In this document: positions 62,256 through 64,000 of the stretch, one piece after another
Position numbering within the stretch: position 1 is the first letter of the stretch
How the letters are laid out: every line of letters starts with the position of its first letter
NCBI GenBank assembly: GCA_963845245.1
Contig: CAWJRJ010000022.1
Location: 9,311 to 73,310, forward strand
DNA length: 64,000 bases
Direction of reading: 5' to 3'
From: Nitrospirota bacterium
GTDB taxonomy: Bacteria > Nitrospirota > JACRHJ01
Notes under the pieces: generated by a model
The model's database searches: none
What the model was told of the DNA's origin: nothing
The model's input: only the letters and a program-made list of their open reading frames with translations
Position numbers and translations under genes: made by a program

Positions 62256-62351
62256 AAAAATAGAAAATTTTTGTTGATGAGGATGGTTTGACAGCCCTTC
62301 TACTGCAAATTACACTTTAGATATGTATAAGCATTGTAGTAGGAGGATGAC

Positions 62352-62816
62352 ATGGAAGCGCGGATTAGAGTCGAAAAAGCAGCGCCCGGTGCGGTCAAGG
62401 CCGTGCTCGACCTGCAAAAATACGTGGACAACTGCGGGCTTGAAGAGTCCCTGCTCGACCTGGTAAGGCTAAGGGCGTCGCAGATCAACGGCTGCGCCTA
62501 CTGCATCGACATGCACACCAAGGATGCAAGGGCGCGTGGCGAAAGCGAGCAGCGCCTGTATGAGCTTGACGCATGGAGGGAGACACCCTTTTACACCGAG
62601 CGCGAAAAGGCGGCCCTGGCCTGGACAGAGGCCGTCACCCTGATAACAAACGGGCACGTGCCGGACGACGTGTATGAGCAGTGCAGGCGCGAGTTTACCG
62701 AAAAGGAATTAATAGACCTGACGCTAGCAGTCGCGGTGATAAATACCTGGAACCGCCTGAGCATCTCGTTCCGCACGGTCCCGGGGACATATCAGGCGCG
62801 AAAGAAGGCGGCGTAG
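62352..62816 (+). CDS. Carboxymuconolactone decarboxylase/AhpD-family protein
   Basis: LVRLRASQINGCAYCIDMHTKDAR, REKAALAWTEAVT, INTWNR. Confidence 0.93.
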   Translation: MEARIRVEKAAPGAVKAVLDLQKYVDNCGLEESLLDLVRLRASQINGCAYCIDMHTKDARARGESEQRLYELDAWRETPFYTEREKAALAWTEAVTLITNGHVPDDVYEQCRREFTEKELIDLTLAVAVINTWNRLSISFRTVPGTYQARKKAA

Positions 62817-62835
62817 AAGCGGGGCTTTGCCTTGC

Positions 62836-62863
62836 TGTCATCCCGACCGTAGCGGAGGGATCC
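62836..62863. repeat. REP-like palindrome TGTCATCCCGACCGTAGCGGAGGGATCC
   Basis: TGTCATYCC...GGRATCC ends shared with the element at 33372-33400; 3' of a gene. Confidence 0.6.
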
Positions 62864-62901
62864 GACTTTTCATTTTTGCCTTTTTCCGTACAAATATAAA
62901 T

Positions 62902-62917
62902 TGTTCCACGTGGAACA
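62902..62917. other. parS: parS centromere-like site
   Basis: TGTTCCACGTGGAACA, perfect match to the parS consensus; extends to the 22-bp palindrome AATTGTTCCACGTGGAACAATT. Confidence 0.85.
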
Positions 62918-63114
62918 ATTGTACTTCTTTTTGTTTATAGGGCCTTACCGTGAATTCAGTTATTCCTGTCAATAAGCCCTGTATCGCATAAGCCTCTGAT
63001 TCTAAAAGATATTTAACCCCAAAACTCATGTTCAAAATTCGCGCATTTTTCGGCCATTTCCCGCAAAATTCCCGCAAAAACACCTCCATTTTCGGTGCGT
63101 ATTTTGGAGATTCT

Positions 63115-63147
63115 CTCCCCCTTAAGATAAGGGGGATGAAGGGGGTT
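63115..63147. repeat. REP-like C/G-run hairpin CTCCCCCTTAAGATAAGGGGGATGAAGGGGGTT
   Basis: Hairpin plus a trailing G-run, downstream of the PLC-like gene. Confidence 0.5.
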
Positions 63148-63213
63148 ATGAAAGTACCCTTGCAATCTTGACTGCAAGGAAGGGGTTAATCTTGCGGCGG
63201 TTTGCGCTGGTCT

Positions 63214-64000
63214 TTATACCCCTCTAGCTTTTTTCCATTCTGCAAGGTTGGCTTGTGCCACCTCTAATATATTTCCTTCAAGGGGCGCACTTAAGTCGGC
63301 ATCTCTTACAACACCTAAAAATTTCTTCCGTTCATCGTCGTTCCATTTGCCGTTTTCGGTATTATAAACCATGAAAGCCGCACTAATGTATACCTTCGTC
63401 AACTCGATTGCTTTTAGGTAACAGCGGCTTTCATAGAGAACTCCAGAGAAATATTTACCGTATTTCTCGCCTGCTTCACTAGTCTTATTATAGTCATTGG
63501 ATGCTTTTAAATATGGCCCGAAATTATTAATGCCCCGTAAGGTTGTCAGGACTCCGTCTACCCAGCCTTCAATGTCGTCTTCGGTCGGGCAAACAGCATG
63601 GGCCTCGACAAAGGCCTTTTGGATCATGTACCTGAACCAGTCTTCGGTGTTCTGCCCAATATTCGGGTTCAGGTCGCACCACTCGTTCGGGCTCTCACCC
63701 ATCAGGTCTTTCCCTGTCATCTTATTGTAAAGGATGATGTCCTGGTAGACCTCGCACTCCATATGGACCTTCCTGTGTTCGCCGCCCTTGTAATACGGGC
63801 CTGCAATTGAATTGACCACGGGATGTATAATCTGGTCTGTCGCCATGTGGCTTAAAAATCCGCATATAAAAGCAAAGTTCTTCCCGTCGCGCTCATCCCA
63901 ATCATCACCTGTGTCCCGCCAGGTTACTTCGAGCATTTTAAGAGGGAACTGGTTCGGTGTCTTCGAATGGAGTTGATAAGACCATTGATCGACACCCATC
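63214..64000 (-). CDS. Zinc-dependent phospholipase C-family protein (5' end outside window)
   Basis: GFLSHMATDQIIHP and HMECE metal-binding motifs. Confidence 0.75.
   Translation of the reverse strand, partial: MGVDQWSYQLHSKTPNQFPLKMLEVTWRDTGDDWDERDGKNFAFICGFLSHMATDQIIHPVVNSIAGPYYKGGEHRKVHMECEVYQDIILYNKMTGKDLMGESPNEWCDLNPNIGQNTEDWFRYMIQKAFVEAHAVCPTEDDIEGWVDGVLTTLRGINNFGPYLKASNDYNKTSEAGEKYGKYFSGVLYESRCYLKAIELTKVYISAAFMVYNTENGKWNDDERKKFLGVVRDADLSAPLEGNILEVAQANLAEWKKARGV

Noticed and set aside
62838..63089. 83-aa minus-strand ORF
   Set aside because: Runs across parS and a REP-like element; no protein features

Overview
Bacterial chromosomal segment, probably from a Gram-negative anaerobe or microaerophile of the Nitrospirota/Desulfobacterota type. 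This is inferred from the TIGR04442-like gene, mqnA, Ni-CODH and the rpsF-ssb-rpsR-DUF2232 order. Most of the window is housekeeping and on the minus strand: rpmG, tuf, a Thr-Tyr-Gly-Thr tRNA cluster, rlmB, cysS, cysE, ispDF, degP, hpt, bioA, cca, a porin, rpsR-ssb-rpsF, ychF, hppA, pth-rplY-prs-tRNA-Gln-ispE, tatA, mobA, mqnA and a TetR-TolC-MacAB-like exporter. The main accessory content is: (i) a coupled operon of aldehyde dehydrogenase, class III aminotransferase, an ArcE (arginine synthetase)-like P-loop enzyme and carbamate kinase, with no carbamoyltransferase; (ii) an overlapping convergent luxR/luxI pair with two lux boxes, flanked by a zinc-ribbon ORF and radC; (iii) a stand-alone H-NOX gene directly upstream of cooS-cooF-FNOR; (iv) an anti-sigma zinc finger/sigma-region-4 fusion behind an ECF-type promoter; (v) a TPR-metalloprotease gene inside the tRNA operon; (vi) long disordered extensions on RlmB and CysE; (vii) a perfect parS site and several REP-like palindromes. 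About 20 genes, several of them essential, are broken by 1-2 bp indels. I read these as uncorrected long-read errors rather than pseudogenes, so the coordinates of those genes are reconstructed by eye. All family calls come from recognised motifs; no database searches were run.
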